This document shows, piece after piece, positions 1 through 9,216 of a stretch of DNA of 64,000 bases. The stretch's first letter is position 1. Every line of letters starts with the position of its first letter. The DNA is from an uncultured Thermodesulfobacteriota bacterium (GTDB lineage Bacteria > Desulfobacterota > JAFDED01), in assembly GCA_964611635.1 (NCBI GenBank), contig CAZTAS010000002.1, positions 12,720 through 76,719 on the forward strand. The letters run 5' to 3'. The translations under genes and the position numbers were made by a program. The notes beneath the pieces were generated by a model. That model ran no database searches. It was not told where the DNA came from and worked only from the letters and a program-made list of their open reading frames with translations.

Positions 1-561
1 CGTGGTCCACCTTGCTATATAAGTAGCACCCGCCTCTCTCATAAGGTTGGAAAGGTTAAAAGGTGCCTCTTTATTCTTGTATGGAGTCGTAGCAGTGTAG
101 ACGTCTGTGGGGGTTGTGGGTGAGAATTGTCCACCCGTCATGCCATAATTGAAGTTATTTATAGCAATAAGGGTTACATCTACGTTGCGCCTTGCCGCGT
201 GAATAAGGTGATTTCCGCCTATAGCAACACACTCGCCGTCACCGCTGTGCACCAGCACGGTAAGCTCGGGCTTTGCCAGCTTCACTCCTGTGGCAAAAGA
301 AAGGGCCCTCCCATGCAAAGTGTGGAAAAAGTCTTTATGCCAGTAAGTGCACATTCTGCCTGTACAGCCGCTCCCCCCGACCCATAGCACCTTATCTTCA
401 TCAAGGCCAAGCTCCTCTATAGCCTTGATGGTATAGTGCCACACCTGACCGATCCCGCATCCCGGGCACCAGAGGTGCGGGGTACCCGGGCTATCCTTTC
501 TGAAATGCTTCAAAGCGGGATGTGCCGGTGAATCCTTCAAATTTTCATCTATTCCGCTCAT
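1..561 (-). CDS. 2-oxoacid:ferredoxin oxidoreductase, beta (thiamine-diphosphate-binding) subunit. The 3' end runs off the left window edge.
   Basis: Absent from the ORF track because there is no stop in the window. My minus-strand reading from the ATG at 561 gives MSGIDENLKDSPAHPALKHFRKDSPGTPHLWCPGCGIGQVWHYTIKAIEELGLDEDKVLWVGGSGCTGRM...LVHSGDGECVAIGGNHLIHAARRNV. This contains the CPGCG and GDG..GGNH signatures of OFOR beta subunits. There is an ATGA start/stop overlap with the alpha gene at 558-561. Confidence 0.85.
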   Translation of the reverse strand, partial: MSGIDENLKDSPAHPALKHFRKDSPGTPHLWCPGCGIGQVWHYTIKAIEELGLDEDKVLWVGGSGCTGRMCTYWHKDFFHTLHGRALSFATGVKLAKPELTVLVHSGDGECVAIGGNHLIHAARRNVDVTLIAINNFNYGMTGGQFSPTTPTDVYTATTPYKNKEAPFNLSNLMREAGATYIARWTT

Positions 562-1712
562 GAAATAACCCTCCCAACGGCTTCCTGGATCTCCAAGGGT
601 GTATGTATATCTACCCCGGGTTTGGGGACTGATAATACCTCGGCATACCTCCCTGCAACCCTTTCCAGTTCACGGACCATTTTCCCGAGGTTCATCTCCG
701 GAACTAAGAGTGCCTTTACATGCTTTGCAACTTCCCGAATCCTTTCGTCAGGAAAAGGCCAGAGGGTTATCAGCCTCACAAAGGCCACTCGCCTCCCTTC
801 GGCCCTCAGCCCCCTCATTGCGTCTTTTGCTGCCCTCGCTACGCTTCCATAGGAAACGATGGCAACTTCAGCGTCTTCAAGACCCTCTGATTCAATCCTG
901 ACTATCGAGTCAACATTCTTTTCAATCTTATCATAGAGCCTCTGAACAAGACTGGCATGGGCCTTGAAGTCTGTTGAGGGCCTACCCGTCTCTGTTCGTG
1001 TGAAACTTGAAACCGGAAGCGCGTAACCGTCTCCGAATGAGGGCATCGGTGGGACTCCATTAGGGCTATCTGGGCGGAGCGGAACGAATTTCTCTGGCGC
1101 AACATCGGGCTTTTTTCTGTTGACAAGCGTTATCTTCTCGGGTTCGGGAATGGTTACCCTTTCACGCATGTGGCTGACAATCTCATCCGATAAGATGAAC
1201 ACAGGGGTTCTGTAAGCCTCCGAGTAATTGAAGGCCTCGATGGTAAGGTAGAACAGCTCCTGGGGAGAGCTAGGAGCCAGTGCGATTATTGAATAATCCG
1301 CATTGCTCCCATATCGCACCTGATACACATCACCCTGCATGCTTTTGGTAGCCGCACCGGTACCAGGCCCGACTCTCTGGGCATCCACAATGACGCACGG
1401 GATCTCGGCCATGGCCGCATAGCCTATCTCCTCCTGCATCAAGCATATTCCATTGCCTGATGTGGCCGTCATGGCTTTCCACCCACCCGCTGATGCTCCT
1501 ACCACTATTCCAAGAGAGGCCAGCTCATCTTCTCCCTGAACGTAAATACCACCAACCCGGGGGAGACGCCTGGCCATGAACTCGGCTATCTCTGTGGCTG
1601 GCGTTATGGGATAACCTGCAAACAGCATACAACCTGCCGCAATGGCTCCCTCCACGCATGCCTCGTTGCCTTGCATAAAAAATGTACCGGTTCTGACCCT
1701 CTTGTTCACCAA
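558..1712 (-). CDS. 2-oxoacid:ferredoxin oxidoreductase, alpha subunit
   Basis: 384-aa ORF. The N-terminus FMQGNEACVEGAIAAGCMLFAGYPITPATEI is typical of KorA/PorA/VorA-type alpha subunits. It is translationally coupled to the beta subunit. Substrate specificity is not determinable by eye. Confidence 0.9.
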   Translation of the reverse strand: MVNKRVRTGTFFMQGNEACVEGAIAAGCMLFAGYPITPATEIAEFMARRLPRVGGIYVQGEDELASLGIVVGASAGGWKAMTATSGNGICLMQEEIGYAAMAEIPCVIVDAQRVGPGTGAATKSMQGDVYQVRYGSNADYSIIALAPSSPQELFYLTIEAFNYSEAYRTPVFILSDEIVSHMRERVTIPEPEKITLVNRKKPDVAPEKFVPLRPDSPNGVPPMPSFGDGYALPVSSFTRTETGRPSTDFKAHASLVQRLYDKIEKNVDSIVRIESEGLEDAEVAIVSYGSVARAAKDAMRGLRAEGRRVAFVRLITLWPFPDERIREVAKHVKALLVPEMNLGKMVRELERVAGRYAEVLSVPKPGVDIHTPLEIQEAVGRVIS

Positions 1713-1824
1713 TTATCACCTCCGAGAAAAGACAGAATCCGTGAAGTCTTCCTGATTTCAGAATTTTTCATTCGCTTGAGCTTTAAAAGTTCAATGATAC
1801 TCATCACTTAACATCTCATCCCCG

Positions 1825-2106
1825 TTAACCGGACACGCCCACACTTTCATCTATTTCTGCGATAGCGATTGCAAAATCAGGACAGAACAACTCGCACATG
1901 CGGCATCCGGTGCACCTATCCATGTCCGCCGGGATAGGCACATTACAGCCTCTCTCATTAAACTCCTCCGAAAGCTTTAGGGCATCCCTCGGACAGAAAT
2001 GGACACATATTCCGCAACCTTTACAAAATTCTTCATCCACAAAAATTTTATACCGTTTCAATGCAAGTCCCTCTAAAACTCGCTGAGCCTCAAGCCGCTG
2101 TATCAT
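1825..2106 (-). CDS. OFOR delta-type 2x[4Fe-4S] ferredoxin subunit
   Basis: 93 aa with two CxxCxxCxxxCP motifs (CKGCGICVHFCP and CTGCRMCELFCP). It lies directly upstream of the alpha subunit on the same strand. Confidence 0.8.
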   Translation of the reverse strand: MIQRLEAQRVLEGLALKRYKIFVDEEFCKGCGICVHFCPRDALKLSEEFNERGCNVPIPADMDRCTGCRMCELFCPDFAIAIAEIDESVGVSG

Positions 2107-2618
2107 CCGTTATTGTCGTTACCGTGCCTATCCTCCCCGTTTTCCTGAGCTGGCACGGTTGGCGAGAAAGATGGTCTTAATGCGAGATGGCCTGCCTCTG
2201 TTTATAAATCTTAGGCTTAATAATAACCGAATTTTTCCTCACAACCAGGTCAAGTCCGCAAAACTCACGCTGCCTGCCATTTGGTGGGAGAAATCTTTGG
2301 CTCAAAACAAGACTTTCAGGCGTTTCACAATCTTCCATAAGTGGTTTTTAAGGCATGAAAATTAATTGGGCTGTTGTTATCCAATCCTATTTGCATTTAT
2401 TTATTTTTACATGAGTGCTTTGCCCGAGTACCAAAAAATGCTTTAAATACATTTAAATTACCAGAGGATTTGTTCAAAGTCAATGATGGCGAACCATCTG
2501 TTTCTCAAGACAAGAAAAGCAGAATCCTTCTTCGGAGCCTTATTAAAGCCTTATTCCCCGTTGAGATGGCACCATGGTGGCCAGCGGATTCCGGCTTGAC
2601 CGTTAAGGCCACAATAAG

Positions 2619-2647
2619 TTGTCCAAACGGGGGAGGCCATGTATAAT
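2619..2647 (+). promoter_or_regulatory. Candidate sigma70-like promoter (TTGTCC-N17-TATAAT) facing the SCS-like operon
   Basis: TTGTCC at 2619-2624, a 17-nt spacer, then TATAAT at 2642-2647, inside the 786-bp divergent intergenic region. Sequence match only. Confidence 0.25.
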
Positions 2648-2892
2648 TATTAGCCTCGGGAGTCATGAAGTGTTAAATTCAAATGGAAAATCCCTGGCTC
2701 AATGGCGTGGGAATTGGCATACTGACCATATCTTTTTTCTTGACAAGCCTTTCGCTCTTGAAATAGAGGAAAGTTAAAGTTTTGACATTCCATTAATGGA
2801 AGGAGGGAAAGCATCCTTATGTTAAGTAATTTTTTATTTCTATGTAGAATTGGGTGTAATAAGGGAAAATCCGTTTGTTAAAGGAGAGGAAA

Positions 2893-4140
2893 ATGGCCCG
2901 TTTGTATGAGTATCAAGGCAAACAGCTTTTGAAAGAAGCAGGGATTTCAATCCCGGATGGGGGCGTTGCCTTTACAAAAGTGGAGGCCGGGACTATTGCC
3001 AGAAAAATAGGGAAGGCTGTGGCTCTGAAAGCCCAAATCTGGGCAGGAGGCAGGGGAAAGGCTGGAGCTATTAGGTTTGCGGATACCCCGGAAGAGGCTG
3101 AGAGGATCGCAGAGGAGCTCTTTGGAGCCCAGGTCAAGGATTTTTTAGTCAACAAGATATTGGTGGAGGAGAAGTTAGATATTGAGAAGGAGTTCTATGT
3201 GGGTGTCATAGTTGATCCATCTATGAATGTTCAGGCTCCACGGGTAATGTTCAGCTGTGAAGGGGGAGTGGAGATTGAGGATGTGCCCGAGGATAAGATA
3301 GCCCAGGCGGTTATAGATATCTTTCTGGGACTCAAGCCTTATCAGGCAATGAACCTGGCCAGGAAGGCCGGTGTGCCTTCGAAACTGCTCGGTTCTGTTA
3401 GTTCGGTTATCAGTGGTTTATATGAGGTGTTCCGCCGGTATGACTGTCGTACAATTGAAATCAATCCATTAGTGATGACCCGCGGGGGGAAAATAGTGGC
3501 TGCTGATTGTCGCGCGGCCATTGACGACTCCTCAGTTTACAGACACCCTGAGATGGGGATAGATGTGGCGAGGGAGTCGAATAGAGAGCCCACTGAGTTT
3601 GACAAAATCGCCTGGCAGATTGAGGAGGGCGACTTGCGTGGGACCGGCTATGTGGCCCAGATGGCCGCAGAGTTCAAAGATCCAGGGTATATTGGGTATC
3701 ACGGTATCGGCGGCGGTGGCGCTATTCTCGGGGTAGATGCCTTGAACAGGGCAGGGTTGAAAATTGCCAACTATGCCGATACGAGCGGAAACCCAACGGC
3801 GGCTAAGGTTTACAGGGTCGCCAAGCTTATCCTCTCCCAGCCGAACATTGAAGGGTATTGTCTGGGTGGATTCCTCATGGCCAATCAGGAGCAATGGCAT
3901 CACTCGCACGGCCTGGTTAAAGCACTGAGGGAGGAATTGCCGCAGCGTCCGGGTTTCCCGGTGGTGCTCCTTCTGTGTGGGAACAAGGAAAAGGAGTCCC
4001 TGGAGATCCTCCGTGAAGGGCTCAAGGACCTACCGGCACGCATTGAAATTTACGGGAGAGAGCATTTTTATGATACGGATTTCATAGCCCAGAGGATGCG
4101 GGCTCTTGTGGAGGAGTATCGCAAAGAACGCGGCGCATAG
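2893..4140 (+). CDS. Succinyl-CoA synthetase beta-subunit-like ATP-grasp protein (ADP-forming acyl-CoA ligase, large subunit)
   Basis: MARLYEYQGKQLLKEAGISIPDG...ALKAQIWAGGRGKAGAIRF matches the SucC N-terminal ATP-grasp pattern. I prefer the ATG at 2893, preceded by AAGGAGAGGAAA, over the TTG at 2875 used in the ORF track. The C-terminal half (GIGGGGAILGVDAL..ANYADTSGNP) is SucC-like but divergent. Confidence 0.8.
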   Translation: MARLYEYQGKQLLKEAGISIPDGGVAFTKVEAGTIARKIGKAVALKAQIWAGGRGKAGAIRFADTPEEAERIAEELFGAQVKDFLVNKILVEEKLDIEKEFYVGVIVDPSMNVQAPRVMFSCEGGVEIEDVPEDKIAQAVIDIFLGLKPYQAMNLARKAGVPSKLLGSVSSVISGLYEVFRRYDCRTIEINPLVMTRGGKIVAADCRAAIDDSSVYRHPEMGIDVARESNREPTEFDKIAWQIEEGDLRGTGYVAQMAAEFKDPGYIGYHGIGGGGAILGVDALNRAGLKIANYADTSGNPTAAKVYRVAKLILSQPNIEGYCLGGFLMANQEQWHHSHGLVKALREELPQRPGFPVVLLLCGNKEKESLEILREGLKDLPARIEIYGREHFYDTDFIAQRMRALVEEYRKERGA

Positions 4141-4152
4141 GGGGTAATTTCC

Positions 4153-4440
4153 ATGGAATTTGAAGAGAGAACAATAAAAGTGATTATTGATGAAGAGAAA
4201 TGTCAAGGATGCAAAACGCACGCTTGTGTGGAAGCTTGCAAGGTATTCGACAGGGGGATTTTGGAACTTATAGACGGAAAGCCAGGGGTATCCCGCAGCC
4301 CGGATGATCTCAAAAGAATGGGGACTGAATGTCTGGCCTGTGAGTACGAGTGTTGGTTCAGGGGTAACGGGGCCATCCGTATTGAAGCCCCTATGCCCGG
4401 TTTGGAAGAGTATCGCAGAAAGCACGCTACAGCTTATTAA
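4153..4440 (+). CDS. Small Fe-S (ferredoxin-like) protein with non-canonical Cys spacing
   Basis: 95 aa with seven Cys: C17-x2-C20-x4-C25-x3-C29 (CQGCKTHACVEAC) and C60-x2-C63-x3-C67 (CLACEYEC). It sits between the SCS beta-like and alpha-like genes with 12-14 nt gaps. Confidence 0.7.
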   Translation: MEFEERTIKVIIDEEKCQGCKTHACVEACKVFDRGILELIDGKPGVSRSPDDLKRMGTECLACEYECWFRGNGAIRIEAPMPGLEEYRRKHATAY

Positions 4441-4454
4441 AAGAGGACATCACT

Positions 4455-5345
4455 ATGGGCATACTGGTAGATGAAAAGACAAGCGTTATCGTACAGGGAA
4501 TTACCGGCAGAGAGGGATCAGCTCGTGCCGCATATATGAAAGAGTACGGCACCAATGTAGTGGCAGGGTGCACGCCTGGCAGGGGCGGGGCAGAAGTAGG
4601 TGGGATCCCGGTTTATAACACAGTCGAGGAGGCTGTTGAGTCTCATGGTCCCATCGATGCCAGCGTGATATTCGTGCCAGGCCCGGCCTTGAAGGATGCT
4701 GTTCTTGAAGCCATTGATGCAGGCATTAAGTTCATCGTCTCTCCAGTGGAGAGGGTTCCTTTGCACGATATATTAGAGATGGTGGCCGTGGCCAGGAGAG
4801 CGGGCGTCAAACTGCTTGGGCCCGGTGCCATAGGTATTGTTACAGTTGGAAAAGCCGTTTTAGGTTGGTTGGGGGCCACGCCCCAGTGGGCCAGGACACT
4901 CTTTATTCCCGGGCCAGTGGGCGTGATTTCCCGCAGCGGAGGACAATCAGGGACAGTTCCCTGGGCTCTGCGTGAGGCTGGATTAGGGATGAGTACGGTA
5001 CTTCATGTAGGTACCGAGGTTGTGACGGGTTTATCAATGGGAGAGATATTACCCCTTTTCGAGCGGGATGAGGAGACCAAGGCTGTGGGAGTATTCGGTG
5101 AGATTGGCGGCCCTCATGAAGAGGAAGCTGCTCAGTGCATTCAGAAAAAACGGTTCACCAAGCCTCTGGTCATCTTCGTGGCGGGAGCCTGGGCACCTGC
5201 GGGGATGCGCTTCTCCCACGCCAGCAGTATCATAGAGCGCGGCAAAGGTTCCGCCAAGGCGAAGATTGAGATGTTAAAAGCCGCCGGGGCTCATGTTGTT
5301 GAGCGTCCCGAGCAGATCGCTCCTGTTTTGAAGCAGCTTTTATAG
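4455..5345 (+). CDS. Succinyl-CoA synthetase alpha-subunit-like CoA-binding protein
   Basis: VIVQGITGREGSARAAYMKEYGTNVVAGCTPGRGG is a SucD-type N-terminus. The FSHASSII block lies at the position of the phosphohistidine loop (GHAGAII in SucD). Confidence 0.85.
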   Translation: MGILVDEKTSVIVQGITGREGSARAAYMKEYGTNVVAGCTPGRGGAEVGGIPVYNTVEEAVESHGPIDASVIFVPGPALKDAVLEAIDAGIKFIVSPVERVPLHDILEMVAVARRAGVKLLGPGAIGIVTVGKAVLGWLGATPQWARTLFIPGPVGVISRSGGQSGTVPWALREAGLGMSTVLHVGTEVVTGLSMGEILPLFERDEETKAVGVFGEIGGPHEEEAAQCIQKKRFTKPLVIFVAGAWAPAGMRFSHASSIIERGKGSAKAKIEMLKAAGAHVVERPEQIAPVLKQLL

Positions 5346-5842
5346 TGGATAAAACAAAGCTGATTTCTCTCAATCTTAACTTTTTGGTTTCATAGCAACG
5401 TTATTTGATCAAATAAAGGCTCAAATCGGAACAAATATCTTCGATTTAGGCAAAGCTTTCAACTGAACAAGGACAAATCAAAAGAAGGAAAACCAACCTT
5501 TTACCTTTATGTCTGTGCGCTCAATTTTATTTCAGGGTTAGTTTATTTAATCTCGTAGGAATCTGACAATTCTTCAAGCCTTCTTTACCCTTGCTAAGGT
5601 AAATTGATAATGAACTGAGTAAAGGAGGGCCGTCCGGAAGTTCCGAGGCATGCTGAGATGTAGCAGGACGATAGTGCAAAAATCTGCTGCTTTTCACAGC
5701 TCCAAGCCACCCAGTCTTTCAATTTGCGCTGCCAGCTCAAACTTCTTTTTCAGGCTGCGATCTTCTTGATAAACAATGTGTCCGTTCTTCACTCCACCTA
5801 AAAAAAAGTTGATAATACAGCGAGTTTGTTAACCCGAACATC

Positions 5843-6640
5843 CTATCTATCATCTAATAAGCGTCGCAAGTATGTGATACCCTGCCGCACCCAGGTCTCT
5901 TCCTTGGTCAAGGTAGCAGCTTCGTCGTCCAGCCGATCCATCCAGGATTCAACCAGGATATTTGGCGAGTGCTCAGCGGCGCGCACCGCAGCCAACATGC
6001 CAGGTACATCTACCAGCCCCTCGCCCAATGGGCAGCCACATATATAAAACCCGGTATTCTGGGGTGTAGGAATCGCATCTTTGACATGGACTGAAACAGC
6101 TAAAGGGGCCAGTATGGCTACCGTTTCGGACGAGCCGACTAGCTTGCTTATTGAATTCACAGGATCCAGGCAGGCGCCCACTATGGGATCGTCAATAGCT
6201 TTAATTAGCCCAGCTAGTTCAGACGGAAGCAAGTGGAAATGATTCTCGATCGCTAATGTCACGCCTGCAGAGCGCAAATCCGGCAGCAAAGACTTGAAGA
6301 TTGCAACCAACTCGGCGAAGGAGGGCTCCCATCCTGGCCTGGTCAATACAACCCGCAGCAAACGAGCTCTGAGTCGTTCGACTATATCCAGATTGCGCCG
6401 GAAATTTTCGGGCTGACTGCCTTTGATTCCCATTTCCAAGGTCAAACCCAATTCAGAAGCGCGCTGAGCGAGATCTCTCAGCATGCTATCCGGTAGATTT
6501 TCCAGGGGCAGATTGTCACAAATCTGCACCACCTCCGATCCAGCCTCATGCGCGCGATCAAGCAGCGCAAATACATCGAGGTGAGCAATTCGGAGTGCCC
6601 AGCGGTAAGCATAACTAGTAATTCCTATGGCCATCTTCAT
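5843..6640 (-). CDS. Sugar phosphate isomerase/epimerase family protein (xylose-isomerase-like TIM barrel)
   Basis: 265 aa. The overall pattern (GSEVVQI, LTLEMG, VTLAIENH, LDPVN) resembles the AP-endonuclease-2/xylose-isomerase-like TIM barrel family. Recognition by eye only. Confidence 0.65.
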   Translation of the reverse strand: MKMAIGITSYAYRWALRIAHLDVFALLDRAHEAGSEVVQICDNLPLENLPDSMLRDLAQRASELGLTLEMGIKGSQPENFRRNLDIVERLRARLLRVVLTRPGWEPSFAELVAIFKSLLPDLRSAGVTLAIENHFHLLPSELAGLIKAIDDPIVGACLDPVNSISKLVGSSETVAILAPLAVSVHVKDAIPTPQNTGFYICGCPLGEGLVDVPGMLAAVRAAEHSPNILVESWMDRLDDEAATLTKEETWVRQGITYLRRLLDDR

Positions 6641-6770
6641 TCTCCCGGCTTATGCGTTTGAGCTCTGCAGCAAAACTCCCATAAGGGCTGCGATGTCGAG
6701 TATATCGGCTTTTGCCCTTTAATTGAGCGCCGTTAATGATCTAAGATAAATATGTCAGAATAAGATTAAG

Positions 6771-6980
6771 ATGGTCAAGCTGAAAAATCAGGAGAACATC
6801 AAGGATTTTAGACATTACTATCTGAAGAATTGCTTCGTTAACAACATATGCAGAGCAGGCATACCACGATCGGCAATAATGGCAATAACGAGAGATATTG
6901 AGGAACAAGATATTATGGCAGCAATTGGGAAGGCCGAGGAGTACTTTCGAAGGCGGGATTACTCCCTGGTTACTATGTAG
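6771..6980 (+). pseudogene. Probable C-terminal fragment of a tyrosine recombinase (phage integrase family)
   Basis: KDFRHYYLKNCFVNNICRAGIPRSAIMAIT resembles the [HR]D[LF]RH....N...AG[IV]P.....I.GH box II region of integrases. Only 69 aa are present, and the GH and downstream catalytic Tyr context are not recognisable. Confidence 0.35.
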
Positions 6981-7287
6981 GCAAAAAGAGCAATTAGTAG
7001 ATAAGAAAAGCTAGCTCATAAATTGGTGCCCAGAGTGTCAGCGCCTTGTCCATAAGATAGTAGAGTCGAAATCTTTCTTTCCAAAAACCTGCTATGCTTT
7101 GTATGCAAATTGTTTATTCAATTTTCTTCAGGTAAGCAAGCTTGCAGCCTTTTCACCTTCTCAGAAGCCCTTTATATAATTAAAGGTTTAAATGTGAGCT
7201 TGACTGCTCACGTGGGATGAGTTAGTCTTTACTCACTTGTACTTTATTTCCCTATAAGCTCTTACAACGAGCACGAAGGAATATAAT

Positions 7288-8289
7288 ATGCAACAGTCAC
7301 CCATGGGTCGTTTCAGGCCCTTCAATCAACCCGGGAAGGTGGAGGGATGTGAGGCTGCAGCGGATGCGACTGAGGAGTCAAGGAACGCCTTTGCTCTCAA
7401 TGGCTTTCTTTTGTTGACCGCGATGACTATATTCTGGGGATTCAACTGGCCCGCCATGAAGATCGCTTTGGGCGAGATTAAGCCTTGGACTTTCCGGACC
7501 CTTTGTCTAACGATCGGCGGATTCGGTCTCCTTGCAGTCGCCAAGTCAAAAGGCCTTTCTTTGCGAATTCCGCGCCAGGAGCGCCTGCCCCTCCTGCTCG
7601 TGTCCCTGCTCAATATTACCGGCTGGCACCTGTCCTCGGCCTATGGGCTCATTTTTATGAACGCGGGTCGAGCAGTTATCATCGCCTACACCATGCCCCT
7701 TTGGACATCCATTCTGAGCTGCCTGGTGCTTGGCGAGCGTCTAACTCTATCGCGTTATATGGGGCTTTGTCTCGGCCTTGGTGGGTTAGCAATCCTTATT
7801 GGTCCTGAGATCAAAGCTGTCGGAGCAACACCTGTGGGAGCCCTGTTCATGCTGTCTGCAGCAATTTGCTGGGCAGGGGGCACGGTCGCCATAAAGTATT
7901 TTTACTGGACCATGCCCACCTCGCTTCTCACCGGCTGGCAATTGATTGTAGGTGGAATTCCGGTTGTCATCGGCGCCCTGATCATGGAGCCTTTCTCGGC
8001 GCTCTCCAATATGAGCAGCGAGGCGGCGCTGGCGACGGCATATGCCGTCGTCGTTGCAATGATATTTTGCCATTACGCTTGGTTCAGCGTTGTTCAAATG
8101 TTACCAGCCGCTGTGGCCGCGATTGGAACACTGGCCATCCCCGTTGTAGGTGTTCTCAGCAGTGCCCTGATTCTGGCCGAGCCGGTAGGCTTGCGCGAGC
8201 TCCTCGCCCTTGCTCTTGTAGTCTCTGCTCTTGCCATTGTGCTTATCGGCCCCATACGGCTTTGCTCATCGAGGTCCTCGCCAGGTTAA
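7288..8289 (+). CDS. EamA/DMT-family transporter
   Basis: 333 aa, about 10 hydrophobic segments, with the FWGFNWPAMKIALGEI motif typical of EamA domains. Confidence 0.8.
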   Translation: MQQSPMGRFRPFNQPGKVEGCEAAADATEESRNAFALNGFLLLTAMTIFWGFNWPAMKIALGEIKPWTFRTLCLTIGGFGLLAVAKSKGLSLRIPRQERLPLLLVSLLNITGWHLSSAYGLIFMNAGRAVIIAYTMPLWTSILSCLVLGERLTLSRYMGLCLGLGGLAILIGPEIKAVGATPVGALFMLSAAICWAGGTVAIKYFYWTMPTSLLTGWQLIVGGIPVVIGALIMEPFSALSNMSSEAALATAYAVVVAMIFCHYAWFSVVQMLPAAVAAIGTLAIPVVGVLSSALILAEPVGLRELLALALVVSALAIVLIGPIRLCSSRSSPG

Positions 8290-8466
8290 AGCGTGGTGTT
8301 CAGTAAATATTGCCGAGTTTCCCCTGTTCATAAGAAAGGAAAACATGCAGCAGACATCAAGATTATTGATTATGAATGAGGCGCTCATCGTTGCGCACCA
8401 GCTTCTTGAAAATGAAGACTACATAACAAATCACAATTATGGACTCAATCTCTAGGGAGTATAAAG

Positions 8467-8931
8467 ATGACAAAAGAAATCGAAGCCTATTTAAAAGTTT
8501 TGCGCGAACTGCGCGATCAAGTCAAAAGATTGCTGGAAGGATTGCCCCAGGAGGCGCTTGACTGGCGTCCCATCGAAGGAGAAGGCAATCTCGCCACGAA
8601 CTCGCTTGCGGGGATGGCTGCCCACCTGTCTGGATCCGAGAGCTTTTGGATGAAAGAAGTGATTGGCGCTCAACCGATCCACCGTGACCGAGACGCCGAA
8701 TTTGTCACAAAAGGGAAGAGCATCTCTGAGTTAGAGGCAATGCTTGAGGCCGCAAGGGAAAAAACTGAAGATGTTTTTACATCGCTGGAACCCGCGCAGT
8801 TGGACGAGACCCGAGAAGTTCGATCCCGCACCGTATCTGTGCGCTGGTCTATCCTGCATGTCATAGAGCACACAGCGTTGCATATCGGGCATATTCAGCT
8901 CACACGCCAATTGTGGATGGCTAGACAATAA
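8467..8931 (+). CDS. DinB-family (DinB_2-like) four-helix-bundle protein
   Basis: 154 aa. His residues lie in the expected helices (AAHLSGSESFW ... HVIEHTALHIGHIQLTRQL), as in DinB/YfiT-like metalloproteins. Confidence 0.7.
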   Translation: MTKEIEAYLKVLRELRDQVKRLLEGLPQEALDWRPIEGEGNLATNSLAGMAAHLSGSESFWMKEVIGAQPIHRDRDAEFVTKGKSISELEAMLEAAREKTEDVFTSLEPAQLDETREVRSRTVSVRWSILHVIEHTALHIGHIQLTRQLWMARQ

Positions 8932-9216
8932 GCATTGTAGATCAGAATTTGGGAAATGTCCGCGAGTCAGATATGGATTAAACTAATTCAAGAGGCCCGA
9001 ACCTTCGTATCACGACCTATTTTGTGTGCTAGGATCCATCACCGCACTCTACTGAACTTTGAGCACGTACGAATGACACGAGAAATAGATGCCATCCCTG
9101 TCGATCACCCGAGGAACGAATATGGCCCCTCGCGTCCCATTGTGCTATAATAGTTTAATTTCCCGTAGCAGGGTTCCGCTCTTCCGAGGACTCTGACTCC
9201 TCAGGAGATCTTTAGG

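Noticed and set aside
127-387. An 86-aa plus-strand ORF at the left edge.
   Set aside because: It is antisense to the OFOR beta-subunit reading frame, which has strong TPP-binding motifs.
2121-2159. TGGCAC at 2151-2156, which looked like a sigma54 -24 element upstream of the SCS-like operon.
   Set aside because: No TTGC(A/T) -12 element follows at the required N5 spacing. The TGGCAC is one arm of an 8-bp inverted repeat (ACCGTGCC at 2121-2128 / GGCACGGT at 2152-2159) lying in the korD-type 5' leader.
5700-5842. A minus-strand tail reading ...GGVKNGHIVYQEDRSLKKKFELAAQIERLGGLEL*, just downstream of the TIM-barrel gene.
   Set aside because: It has no canonical start other than an internal GTG giving about 32 aa, and no family was recognised. 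It is possibly a gene remnant.
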